Below are positions 9,170 to 18,253 of a stretch of DNA of 64,000 bases, in pieces. Below the pieces are notes generated by a model. It did not search any database. It saw nothing but the letters and a program-made list of their open reading frames with translations, and was not told where the DNA came from. This DNA comes from Bacilli bacterium (GTDB lineage: Bacteria; Bacillota_I; Bacilli_A; RFN20; CAG-826), in assembly GCA_017651165.1 (NCBI GenBank), contig JAGCDH010000021.1, forward strand, positions 10,758-74,757. Direction: 5' to 3'. Position numbers and translations under genes: made by a program. How positions within the stretch are numbered: the first letter of the stretch is position 1; each line of letters starts with the position of its first letter.

Positions 9170-11004
9170 ACCAAGAATACGATTTAACCGAACCGATAAA
9201 GGCTTATGATTATTTCTTAAAAGATGCCTACCATGATGCGGTATGCAACTTTTTTGATGGTTTAACCACAAAAAACAATATCGATATCGCTGCTAACGAA
9301 TTAACAGTTGCCGAACTAAATAAGTATCGTAATAAAATCGATCAAACTAAGAATAAGATTAGTGGCCAAAAAGGTTTAAGAGGTTTTGTCATTTTCATGA
9401 TTGTGGCCTTCTTCTTAGCCGCATTAATCACTTTATTTGTGACAATCGCTAATTTCAAATGGTGGCTCATTTTAATTATCGTCGCTTGTCTTGGTGCGGG
9501 TGTCGGTTTTATCTTCTTATCCAAAAACTTAAAGAAGAAGATTCAAAAAGTCGAAGAAGCTTTAGCTAAACTCCAAAAAAGAGCGGACGAATTACTCTCT
9601 GAAGCCAGAAGCCAAATGCAACCACTTAATGATGACTATGACTGGAATATTCCTGCGAAGATTTTAACGGACACCATTCCCCTCATTAAGATGGACCAAT
9701 ATTTTGACCAAAATAAATTCTATTATTTAAAGAAAAAATATGGCTTCTCAGAAAACGAAGATAATATCTCATCTTTATTCGTGCAATCAGGTTCCATTTT
9801 AGGTAACCCATTCTTAGTGGAAAGAAACTTTGTAAGAGAAATAAGAAACCATGTCTATACTGGTTCCATTACCATTCACTGGACCACTTGGGTTGGAAGT
9901 GGTAAAAACCGTCATATGATTACCCACACCCAAACCTTAACAGCGTCCGTAACAAAGCCACGTCCTGAGTATTTTAATGAAACTTGGCTTGTCTATGGTA
10001 ACGAAGCCGCTCCTCGTTTATCGTTCTCTCGTAGCCCAGTTGAAGCGAGCAAATATGACGATAAGCAACTTAAAAAATATGTTGAGGGTTATGAAAAGAG
10101 CTTAGATAAAAAGATCAAGAATAGATCACTTAGCGCTAAACCATTAACGATGATGGGTAACACTGAGTTTGAAGCGTTATTTAACGCCACCAACAGAGAT
10201 AACGATGTTGAATTCCGCTTACTCTTCACCCCATTAGCGCAAAAGAACATGCTTAATTTATTAAGAAATAAGCAATCAGGTTTTGGTGATGATTTCCAAT
10301 TCATCAAGAATAAAGAGCTTAATTATATTAAGAGTGCACATATGCAAAACGCTGATATTGATGGTGATCCAGAGAGATTCAATAACTACGATTATCAAGC
10401 CGCGAGAAAGTTCTTTATCAACTATTGCGATAGATACTTTGCTAACTTCTATTTTGATTTAGCGCCGCTGCTTTCCATTCCTTTATATCAACAACATATG
10501 GCGTTTGAAGAAATCTTCAAAGGCACTGTTGATCCAAACTTAACTTCTTTTGAAACAGAAGTGATGGCTAATAGATTTGATCAAAGTAACTTCAAACACG
10601 CTGATAGTAGCACTCCTGCTATTTTAAAAAGAGAATTCATTAGAAGAAATGGCGATAAAGGTGATATGGTTAATATCCACGCTCACTCCTATAAATCCAT
10701 CCCACATACAGAACTCATTTCTAAAATGGGTGGTGATGGTCATATGCACCAAATCCCTGTTGTTTGGTATGAATATATTCCTCTTGAAAAGGTCACTCCA
10801 ATGGCGGTTCAAGAATGTCATACCACACAAAAGAAGTTCTCTTATAATATTCAAAATCAAGCCTTGCGCGATTTCCTTTCACGTTTAAGTGAAAAAGGTA
10901 TTATAATATATCAGAAAGGTTTAGTCTCATTCCTACCAAGAAACAATGTTTCTTCTTATGATAGTAATGAGTTAAATAACTACTTAGAAAAGGAAAATAA
11001 TTAA
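9166..11004 (+). CDS. Membrane protein of unknown function (coiled-coil N-terminus, TM hairpin, about 450-aa C-terminal domain)
   Basis: 612-aa ORF with two adjacent TM helices (GFVIFMIVAFFLAALITLFV / WWLILIIVACLGAGVGFIFL). It is translationally coupled to the upstream kinase and is followed by LemA. Confidence 0.5.
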   Translation: MNQEYDLTEPIKAYDYFLKDAYHDAVCNFFDGLTTKNNIDIAANELTVAELNKYRNKIDQTKNKISGQKGLRGFVIFMIVAFFLAALITLFVTIANFKWWLILIIVACLGAGVGFIFLSKNLKKKIQKVEEALAKLQKRADELLSEARSQMQPLNDDYDWNIPAKILTDTIPLIKMDQYFDQNKFYYLKKKYGFSENEDNISSLFVQSGSILGNPFLVERNFVREIRNHVYTGSITIHWTTWVGSGKNRHMITHTQTLTASVTKPRPEYFNETWLVYGNEAAPRLSFSRSPVEASKYDDKQLKKYVEGYEKSLDKKIKNRSLSAKPLTMMGNTEFEALFNATNRDNDVEFRLLFTPLAQKNMLNLLRNKQSGFGDDFQFIKNKELNYIKSAHMQNADIDGDPERFNNYDYQAARKFFINYCDRYFANFYFDLAPLLSIPLYQQHMAFEEIFKGTVDPNLTSFETEVMANRFDQSNFKHADSSTPAILKREFIRRNGDKGDMVNIHAHSYKSIPHTELISKMGGDGHMHQIPVVWYEYIPLEKVTPMAVQECHTTQKKFSYNIQNQALRDFLSRLSEKGIIIYQKGLVSFLPRNNVSSYDSNELNNYLEKENN

Positions 11005-11016
11005 GGAGGAATTTTT

Positions 11017-11670
11017 ATGGCAAACGAATTAGACGAATTAACTGGTCCAGTTAGTGAAAAAGGTAATGACGTTAACGTTATTCACAAACAAATCGCTGTT
11101 AAAGTTGGCCCTGGTTCATTAGTATTCGAAATCATCTTATGGGTCTTAGGTATTATCCCAGGATTAATCTTCTTAGCCATGAAGGTCAAAGCGAGAAACT
11201 ATTTAGCCCGCTTACAACAAAAGATTCAACACGATGCTTCTCAAATTGATAACTACTTAGAACAAAGAGTCGTTATCTTAGAAAATATGGCGGCTTTAGT
11301 GAACAAAGCAACCAAATTAGACGAAGAAACATTCAAAGCAATCGCTCAAGCGCGTTCCAGTGGTCAATCACTCAACGATAAAGCCGCTGCTCTTGAAAAC
11401 GTTAATAGCAAAATTAACGTAGCTATGGAAGCCTATCCAGAACTCAAGGCTCACCAAGAAATCGCCATGGCGATGCAACAAAACAGCTACTTACAAAAAG
11501 AAATCACTGCTGCTCGTGAAGTTTATAACGACACAGTTCTTGAATGGAACGGCTTAATCTTCCGTTGGCCAACATATATGATTGTTGCGGCTAAAAAAGG
11601 TTACACCACACGTATCCCATTCTCTGTTAGTTCCGAAACAAAACAAAGAGCAAGAGAAGTTTTCTTCTAA
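11017..11670 (+). CDS. lemA: LemA family protein
   Basis: N-terminal TM plus LemA-like blocks (AYPELKA..., YNDTVLEWNGLIFRWPTYMIVAAKKGY), with a strong AAGGAGG SD. Confidence 0.7.
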   Translation: MANELDELTGPVSEKGNDVNVIHKQIAVKVGPGSLVFEIILWVLGIIPGLIFLAMKVKARNYLARLQQKIQHDASQIDNYLEQRVVILENMAALVNKATKLDEETFKAIAQARSSGQSLNDKAAALENVNSKINVAMEAYPELKAHQEIAMAMQQNSYLQKEITAAREVYNDTVLEWNGLIFRWPTYMIVAAKKGYTTRIPFSVSSETKQRAREVFF

Positions 11671-11692
11671 TCTAACTGAATCAAAAATAAAA

Positions 11693-11723
11693 ATGTTGAT
11701 GTTTATGCATCAGCATTTTTTTA
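11693..11723 (+). terminator. Intrinsic terminator after lemA
   Basis: 9-bp stem AUGUUGAUG/CAUCAGCAU followed by U7. Confidence 0.75.
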
Positions 11724-11745
11724 TAATTTAGTTGAGGTATTTATT

Positions 11746-12987
11746 ATGGACACGAAGAAATCCCCAAGCAAAAAGAAAACCACCACCATTACTAGTAAGC
11801 AAATAGTTAAAGGTGCAAAGAAAATGGCAAAGAACAATCCTAAAGGATTTATGATTGCTCTTCTTGTTGTCTTTTTGTTAGTGGGTCTTGGTGTTGGGGC
11901 ATATTTTGGTTATAAGTACTTTATCGAACCACGTTTAGCTGGAAATGGCGGAAATAATCAAAGTACAAGCCAAAAAACAAGTAGATCCCATTATGAAGGT
12001 GCTGCTGGCGCTATCGATATCAATTTCCTAGAATTAGGAAATCAATATACTGGTGACTGCACATTCATTAAAGCCGGTGATAAAGATATCTTGATTGACG
12101 CTGGTAGCAGACAAAATAGCGCTACAACTATTGCGGACTTCGTTGATAATTATTGCGCTGATGGTGTTTTAGAATATGTCATTGCCACTCACGCTCACCA
12201 AGACCATATCGCGGGATTTGTGGGTTCTAATAAAGACGAAGGTATTTTAAAGCACTATAGAATCGATACTTTAATTGATTTTGCTTTAACTAACGCCACA
12301 AGCTCTATTTATAACAATTACGTTTCACTTAGAGATGAAAAAATCGCTTCAGGTGATATTGCACACCACTACACCGCTAACGATTGCATTCAAGGAACAA
12401 ACGGTGCACAAAAAGTCTATCAATTAGGCGAAGGAATCACTATGGAAATCCTTGATCAGAAGTTCTATCGTGAGACTTCTTCAGATGAAAATAACTACTC
12501 CGTGTGTGCTTTATTCACTCAAGGAAACAACAATTATCTCTTTACTGGAGACTTAGAAGCAAAAGGCGAGGAATCACTTGCTGAATTGAATGATTTGCCA
12601 GAAGTCGAACTATTCAAAGGTGGCCATCATGGTAGTTATACTGCGAATACAGACAAGTTATTGAGTGAAATAAAACCAAAGAATGTCTGTGTGTGCTGCT
12701 GTGCTGGTAGCGATGAATACGTTAAATCATCAGGCGGATTACCAAACTCTGAACACACCTTCCCAGCGCAAGAGGCTGTCGATAGGATTGCAAAATACAC
12801 ATCAAGCGTTTATGTGACAACAGTTTATAGTGATGACGATAAAGGATACAAATCCATGAATGGAAATATTAATTTCCACTGCGAAGACGGAAGTGTATAT
12901 ACGATAACCGGAAGCAACAATTCCGTTATCTTAAAAGATACTGATTGGTTTAAAACAAATCGAATAATTCCTAACGAATGGAAATAA
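11746..12987 (+). CDS. Membrane-anchored MBL-fold metallo-hydrolase (ComEC C-terminal-domain-like)
   Basis: Basic N-terminus plus TM. Metallo-beta-lactamase motif ATHAHQDHIAGF, with later GGHHGS. Confidence 0.7.
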   Translation: MDTKKSPSKKKTTTITSKQIVKGAKKMAKNNPKGFMIALLVVFLLVGLGVGAYFGYKYFIEPRLAGNGGNNQSTSQKTSRSHYEGAAGAIDINFLELGNQYTGDCTFIKAGDKDILIDAGSRQNSATTIADFVDNYCADGVLEYVIATHAHQDHIAGFVGSNKDEGILKHYRIDTLIDFALTNATSSIYNNYVSLRDEKIASGDIAHHYTANDCIQGTNGAQKVYQLGEGITMEILDQKFYRETSSDENNYSVCALFTQGNNNYLFTGDLEAKGEESLAELNDLPEVELFKGGHHGSYTANTDKLLSEIKPKNVCVCCCAGSDEYVKSSGGLPNSEHTFPAQEAVDRIAKYTSSVYVTTVYSDDDKGYKSMNGNINFHCEDGSVYTITGSNNSVILKDTDWFKTNRIIPNEWK

Positions 12988-12988
12988 T

Positions 12989-13020
12989 AGCAAGCATTAA
13001 AAACTTGCTATTTTTTCTTT
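12989..13020 (+). terminator. Intrinsic terminator after the MBL-fold gene
   Basis: Stem AGCAAG/CUUGCU followed by a U-tract. Confidence 0.65.
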
Positions 13021-13039
13021 TTAGGCGTATATACTATCG

Positions 13040-14440
13040 GTGATGAACAAACAAAAGAAAGCATTAAACCCATATCTACTAGTTATTTTGTCTTTCGTTG
13101 CCATTATCTTTATTGGCGCTGTTTTATTAATGATGCCATTTTCTCGTACAGCGCATAACTTTGGTGATTTTGTCGATTCATTGTTCTTAGCCACTAGCGC
13201 CACTTGCGTGACTGGTTTAAATAGCTTTAAGCAAGGTATTGGTGGCACCACTGCCGAATTAACTTTTGCGGGCCAAGTGATTTTAATAGCCCTCATTCAA
13301 ATCGGTGGTTTAGGATTCGTTACCTTATTAACATTCTTTATCACCTTGTTCTACAGAAAACTTCAGTTTAAAGACCGTTTATTACTATCGGTCATGGTTA
13401 ACAGCGAAGAAGCTGCGGAAGTTGTTTCTTTCGTGAGAAAGATTATTTTAATTTCTTTCAGCTTTGAAGTCTTTGGTTTCTTACTTGGTTTACCTGTCTT
13501 CTTGTCGTCTTGTAACAACGTTCCAGAAGCTTTATGGTATTCTTTATTCCACTCTGTGAGCGCTTATAATAACGCTGGGTTTGACTTATTTGGTAGTTCT
13601 TCCTTAGTAAGAGGTGCTGGAGCATCTGAATTTATCAATAATATGCCAACATGGGCTTATTACTATATGTGCTCCTATATCATGTTCTTAATCGTCGCGG
13701 GTGGTATTTCCTTTGTCGTCGTCATTGATATCTTTACTAAACGTAAATTCAAACAATTTAGAGTGTTTACTAAGATCTCATTAATGATGACTGGCATCTT
13801 ATTAGCCCTTGGCTTTGTGGTCTTCTTCGCTAGTGAAGGATTTAAGTCACCATTTAATGCTTTATTCCAATCTGTGACATGTAGAACCGCAGGATTTGCG
13901 ACAACTGATCAAGATGGTTTAAGTGTTTTAGGAAAATCATTCTCCTGCTTCTTAATGTTCTTTGGTGGTAACCCATTAGGTACTGCAGGTGGTGTCAAAA
14001 CAACGACCTTATACATTATTGTTTTAGCGATGATTTGCTACTTAGCAAGACGTAACAAAGTGTCTTCCTTCCACCGCCGCTACTCCAATGAAGTGATTGT
14101 TAAGGCAATGTCCCTCGTCTTGTTAGCGGTCGCCACTATTTTCATTAGTTTCATCGCTATCTATTTATTTGAAAACAAAAACAGCGATATAACCGCGTTA
14201 GGTTTAAAGAGCACTGTTCCAGCAGCGCTCATATATGAAGTCTTCTCTGCCTTTGGTACCGTTGGTGTTTCAACCGGTGTCACACCTTACTTAACTGTGG
14301 GCAGTAAACTTGTGATTTGTATTTTGATGTTTATCGGTCGTCTTGGACCAATTACCTTCTTCCAATTATTGGGCAGCAAAATGCGCTTCGATGATAAGAG
14401 CAAATATCACTACGTCGAAGAAGATTTCTTAATTGGTTAA
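13040..14440 (+). CDS. TrkH/KtrB family potassium uptake transporter subunit
   Basis: Four selectivity-filter-like repeats (TCVTGL, YNNAGF, CRTAGF, GTVGVSTG) and GGVKTTT. The track start is GTG; ATG follows at 13043. Confidence 0.8.
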   Translation: MMNKQKKALNPYLLVILSFVAIIFIGAVLLMMPFSRTAHNFGDFVDSLFLATSATCVTGLNSFKQGIGGTTAELTFAGQVILIALIQIGGLGFVTLLTFFITLFYRKLQFKDRLLLSVMVNSEEAAEVVSFVRKIILISFSFEVFGFLLGLPVFLSSCNNVPEALWYSLFHSVSAYNNAGFDLFGSSSLVRGAGASEFINNMPTWAYYYMCSYIMFLIVAGGISFVVVIDIFTKRKFKQFRVFTKISLMMTGILLALGFVVFFASEGFKSPFNALFQSVTCRTAGFATTDQDGLSVLGKSFSCFLMFFGGNPLGTAGGVKTTTLYIIVLAMICYLARRNKVSSFHRRYSNEVIVKAMSLVLLAVATIFISFIAIYLFENKNSDITALGLKSTVPAALIYEVFSAFGTVGVSTGVTPYLTVGSKLVICILMFIGRLGPITFFQLLGSKMRFDDKSKYHYVEEDFLIG

Positions 14441-14445
14441 GACTT

Positions 14446-17400
14446 TTACTTATTACTACTACGAATCGCTTCAATAAGAGCTTGTTTTTCAAGTGGTCTA
14501 TGTAAATAGTAACCTTGCATCAAAGCGGTTGGATCGATTTCTTTTAATAAGATGTATTGGTCGATGTTTTCGACACCAACGACAGAGGCTTTTAAGCCAA
14601 CGTTTCTAATGTTGTATAAAAGCGTCTTAATATCGTTATATCTTTGACGGTCACTATCGATGTGGTTGACGATATTACGGGAGATCTTGACTTCGTCAAA
14701 GCCGATGTCTTTTAAGGCTTGTAAGGAAACGAATCTACCAGTGTATTGGTCACACACCAAGACGATATGTAAAGCGTTTAATTGACGGGCAATACTTGGG
14801 AATTCCTTAATGTGGTTAGAAACATCGCTTTCTGGAATTTCAAATGATAAGAAGTTCTTTGGTAGGTTCACATTATCAATGTAGTCTTTAATATCTTTAA
14901 AGAAGTTCTCATCGGTAAAGAATGAGTAATCGGTATTTAAACTCAAACGTTTAAAGCCTAAGTTATTAAAGATAACGGAACCATATTGTTGCCACATACC
15001 AGCGATGATATCAAGTAAGGCATTAGAAATAACACCAATCTTATCGTGTTCCGCAGCGACGTTAACTAATTCATCTGGACGGATAGCGATATTAGTGAAA
15101 CCATCGGTAATACGTAAGAGAAGTTCAGCGCCATAAATACGTTTACTTCTCGCATCACACATTGGTTGAAGCATGACGTTGAATGTTTTCTTAGCGAATG
15201 AGCTTTCAATAACGGCGAGTAAGAATTCTTCTCTGTTCGCACTTCTGGAATAGTTACTATCATCAAAGTAGATGAAGTCTTTATTGATTTCGTATTTACC
15301 ACGGTTTGCAAATTGATCCGCTTGTTTCAAAACGCTTTGAGCGTTTGGATAGGAACGTGGATAACCAATTGGTAAGTATGTGAGTCTGACTTGGATGTGG
15401 TTATCATCTGCACCACTTAAGACCTTTTGGCCAATGCTAAAGATCTTTTCACATTCACTGATGATGTCGACTTGACCATATTCAGTGAAGAGTAAGGCTA
15501 AAGTCTGGCTGTTGAAGAAATAGATATTTTCTAAGTTGTTGTGTTTCTTTTTGATGCTAGTCACAAAGTGACGGATAACATTTAAATAGCCTTCTGAACC
15601 ATAGACCGTCACTAAGTCACTTAAATTATCAATACGGAGTAATAATAAGTAACCTTTGCCATTGATTTCGTAGCAGTTATTTAAAGCTTCGACAAGGGAT
15701 GGATAAGAATTGACGAGTAAGTCAGGATTATATCTTTGATCGCTGTCTTCTTCATGGATATTCTTTAAGGTCATAACGTGATATGGACTATCACGATTTT
15801 CTAAGACCAAAGATGTCTCATAGTTGAAGTTTTTAATCTTACTAACTTTCTTATTTCCTGTTAAAAGAGGGCAGTCGTGACATGGTTTATCTAGACCATA
15901 TAAGACTTTATAGCACTTCTCGCCTAACTCAATCTTGTTAGAGAAGAAGTCTTTCATTGTGTTAGAAGTTCTTAATAAGCGATAGTCACCATTAGAGATA
16001 CGATATGTCGCAAATTCGGAAAGCTTTAACAACGATTCGATTTCTTGCATGGAGTTACGCACTTGTTCGTCACGACGTTCGCCTAATAAGATCGCGGCGA
16101 TCTTGTCACATAAGACCACAAGGGCTTCTTGGATATAAGAGTCGATATGGAATTCTTTATCGCGGTTGAAGAAATAGATTGCGCCTAAAACGACATCACC
16201 ATCGTTAAGTATGTAGAACATACCACTTTCTAGGCCCACTCTGTCGAGGTGACGGCCTAAAGAGTTATTCGCATTATTTCTAAATGAGAAGTAATAGGAA
16301 TCATCTTCATCTTTCGCCGCATTCATCGCTTGGACGAATTCTTTTTCAATGTAATTGGTGTTACTTAAAGGTGGTAATTTCTTATCTTGTAATTGATAAG
16401 AGAAGAAATAGTTTTCTTTGACTTCGTCATAAGAAATGATACCAGCGTAGTCTAAGTTAAAGTATAGACGAACCGAACGGATAACCTTTTCCACTTCTTC
16501 TAAGTTTTTAGAACTGTTCTCTAAAGAGAGATTCAACTTAAGAAGAGGTGCTAACATTTTGGACATGGTATTTAAGTTCATGGAGTTCTTAAGAATCATG
16601 TTGTCCGTTAAGGATGTTAAACGGTTTGGTAAGTAGAAGTTAATATTTTCGCCTTGGCGTTTGGCATACTCTAAGTCTGGGAACATTTCATGGACATCAG
16701 AGAATGGATAACAAACGACTGAGAAGTGTGCGGCCAAATTAGCGATACCTTCTGGGGTACGTTTACTAATAGTCGCACTCTTTAAGACCATTTCTAATTG
16801 CTCACGCACTTTACTGACAGAGTCAATACGTGGGAAATAGAAGAATAATGACTTTCTATTATCATTAACGATATAGACGACATTTTGGTAATTACCAAAG
16901 TACTTACGCATTAATGTTAATAAGTAATCGATTTCTTGGTTATTTAAGGTGTCATCATTGAGCTCGTAATATAGTTCCATCAATAAGTTACGATAGTTTT
17001 GTGACGCGAAGATAATACGCTCAATGTTCTTCTTGAAACTTCTTAAATAAACAACGTTATGTTCAAAGTCGAAATAATCTAAAGCGATATGAGAAAAATC
17101 AACCGAATTAGCGATTAATGTGGAAGTATCTAATTCTTTCTTTAAAGTTTCCACCTCTCTATTCAAGGAAGCGAATTCTTCATAGGAGTTAGTTGGATAA
17201 TTTTCAAGAACGCTTTCGTTATCGGTCATGTTTCTTAAATTGGAAAGAGTAACATCATATAAACCCTTCACAAATAAGGCATTGAATTTACGAGATGTGA
17301 AAACGGAGAAAAAGATATAGGCGCCTGAGAATAAAACACCAAAAGCGATGAGTAAGTAGAAATAAAGCATCATCCCTGTTTTGATAAACAGGATAGAAAA

Positions 17401-17505
17401 CGCTGCAACACCGCCTAGAAGGACGATAAAGAAAACGATAGGGAAGATAGTGATACGGCTTAAAAAGACGTTTATAGAGCGTTTTTGAGGTTGTTTACTA
17501 TCCAT
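14446..17505 (-). CDS. Membrane-anchored sensor protein with a C-terminal EAL domain (partly degenerate; possible cyclic-di-GMP receptor or phosphodiesterase)
   Basis: Two N-terminal TM helices and an approximately 700-aa middle region. EAL-domain blocks are QPM...GAELLLRI, SLNTD, FEIPES, CDQYTG (in place of DDFG), VKISR (KID), VGVEN and QGYYLHRP. Start reassigned to the ATG at 17505, which is preceded by GGAGGAGG; the track ORF extends into the upstream gene. Confidence 0.7.
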   Translation of the reverse strand: MDSKQPQKRSINVFLSRITIFPIVFFIVLLGGVAAFSILFIKTGMMLYFYLLIAFGVLFSGAYIFFSVFTSRKFNALFVKGLYDVTLSNLRNMTDNESVLENYPTNSYEEFASLNREVETLKKELDTSTLIANSVDFSHIALDYFDFEHNVVYLRSFKKNIERIIFASQNYRNLLMELYYELNDDTLNNQEIDYLLTLMRKYFGNYQNVVYIVNDNRKSLFFYFPRIDSVSKVREQLEMVLKSATISKRTPEGIANLAAHFSVVCYPFSDVHEMFPDLEYAKRQGENINFYLPNRLTSLTDNMILKNSMNLNTMSKMLAPLLKLNLSLENSSKNLEEVEKVIRSVRLYFNLDYAGIISYDEVKENYFFSYQLQDKKLPPLSNTNYIEKEFVQAMNAAKDEDDSYYFSFRNNANNSLGRHLDRVGLESGMFYILNDGDVVLGAIYFFNRDKEFHIDSYIQEALVVLCDKIAAILLGERRDEQVRNSMQEIESLLKLSEFATYRISNGDYRLLRTSNTMKDFFSNKIELGEKCYKVLYGLDKPCHDCPLLTGNKKVSKIKNFNYETSLVLENRDSPYHVMTLKNIHEEDSDQRYNPDLLVNSYPSLVEALNNCYEINGKGYLLLLRIDNLSDLVTVYGSEGYLNVIRHFVTSIKKKHNNLENIYFFNSQTLALLFTEYGQVDIISECEKIFSIGQKVLSGADDNHIQVRLTYLPIGYPRSYPNAQSVLKQADQFANRGKYEINKDFIYFDDSNYSRSANREEFLLAVIESSFAKKTFNVMLQPMCDARSKRIYGAELLLRITDGFTNIAIRPDELVNVAAEHDKIGVISNALLDIIAGMWQQYGSVIFNNLGFKRLSLNTDYSFFTDENFFKDIKDYIDNVNLPKNFLSFEIPESDVSNHIKEFPSIARQLNALHIVLVCDQYTGRFVSLQALKDIGFDEVKISRNIVNHIDSDRQRYNDIKTLLYNIRNVGLKASVVGVENIDQYILLKEIDPTALMQGYYLHRPLEKQALIEAIRSSNK

Positions 17506-17506
17506 C

Positions 17507-18253
17507 TTATTTACCTCCTCCTTCGGTAATGACTTCGTTATGGCCAATATCACCAATACAAGTAACAACGGCCTTACCGATATTTGTGTATTCTTTGAGC
17601 GCTTTTAAGTAGGTGTTAATGTTCTTATCACCATCGATATAGCGTTCAATAACTTTCACTGATACAAATGGGACTTTCTTTAAGTCCGCGGCTAATGCTA
17701 ATCCCGCACTATTGTTATCAAAGACCACGTTATTAGCGAAACCAAGTAAGTGTTCACATTCTTTTAAGTGATCAACTTGATTAACACGGTGATAGTCCAC
17801 AGATGTAGAAATATAATTACAAACATTGAGTTTGCTAAATGTTCTCTTTTCAAAGGCATCAGTTAAATAACCGATGACGTCATCTTGACAGACGAACACT
17901 TGTTCATAGCCAGGAATTTGACCGAATTTAACATTGTCTTCGTTAATTTGGTCAACGTCTCCCGCCACTACTCTCTTAGAGATAGCGATTTCTGATGGTT
18001 TAACATCATGGGTGAAGGCGATGCAACGACCGACATTAAAGATTAAGAAGATGAAATACTTCTCAATGAGATGGAGGATTAAAGCGCTACTAACATAGTT
18101 AGTTTTGACTTGGTCCACTAAAACGACACCTTGGTTGAAGATCGTACCCACAGTAACTGGGTATTTACCAAGAATGAGTTCTTCTTTCTTGTTAGACATG
18201 ACGCTTTCAAAATAAAGGATGTCGTCATGTTGATTACCGACGATTAAAATCAT
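17507..18253 (-). CDS. MTA/SAH-nucleosidase (PNP_UDP_1) fold protein, divergent, with catalytic residues apparently substituted
   Basis: By eye it is collinear with Pfs/MtnN: MILIVGNQHDD vs MKIGIIGAMEEE; FGQIPGY vs YGQLPG; VPFVSVKVIERYID vs VPFVVVRAISDVAD. ATGA overlap with the upstream EAL gene; its stop lies 1 nt before the downstream EAL start. Confidence 0.45.
   Translation of the reverse strand: MILIVGNQHDDILYFESVMSNKKEELILGKYPVTVGTIFNQGVVLVDQVKTNYVSSALILHLIEKYFIFLIFNVGRCIAFTHDVKPSEIAISKRVVAGDVDQINEDNVKFGQIPGYEQVFVCQDDVIGYLTDAFEKRTFSKLNVCNYISTSVDYHRVNQVDHLKECEHLLGFANNVVFDNNSAGLALAADLKKVPFVSVKVIERYIDGDKNINTYLKALKEYTNIGKAVVTCIGDIGHNEVITEGGGK

Noticed and set aside
13021-13296. Minus-strand 91-aa ORF overlapping the start of the TrkH/KtrB gene.
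   Set aside because: It is antisense to a well-supported transporter gene and has no SD or recognisable features.
14441-14445. A missing terminator between the convergent TrkH/KtrB and EAL genes (5-nt gap).
   Set aside because: I noted it as an oddity, since convergent transcription could collide. There is no sequence feature to report, and read-through termination may occur inside the opposing genes.
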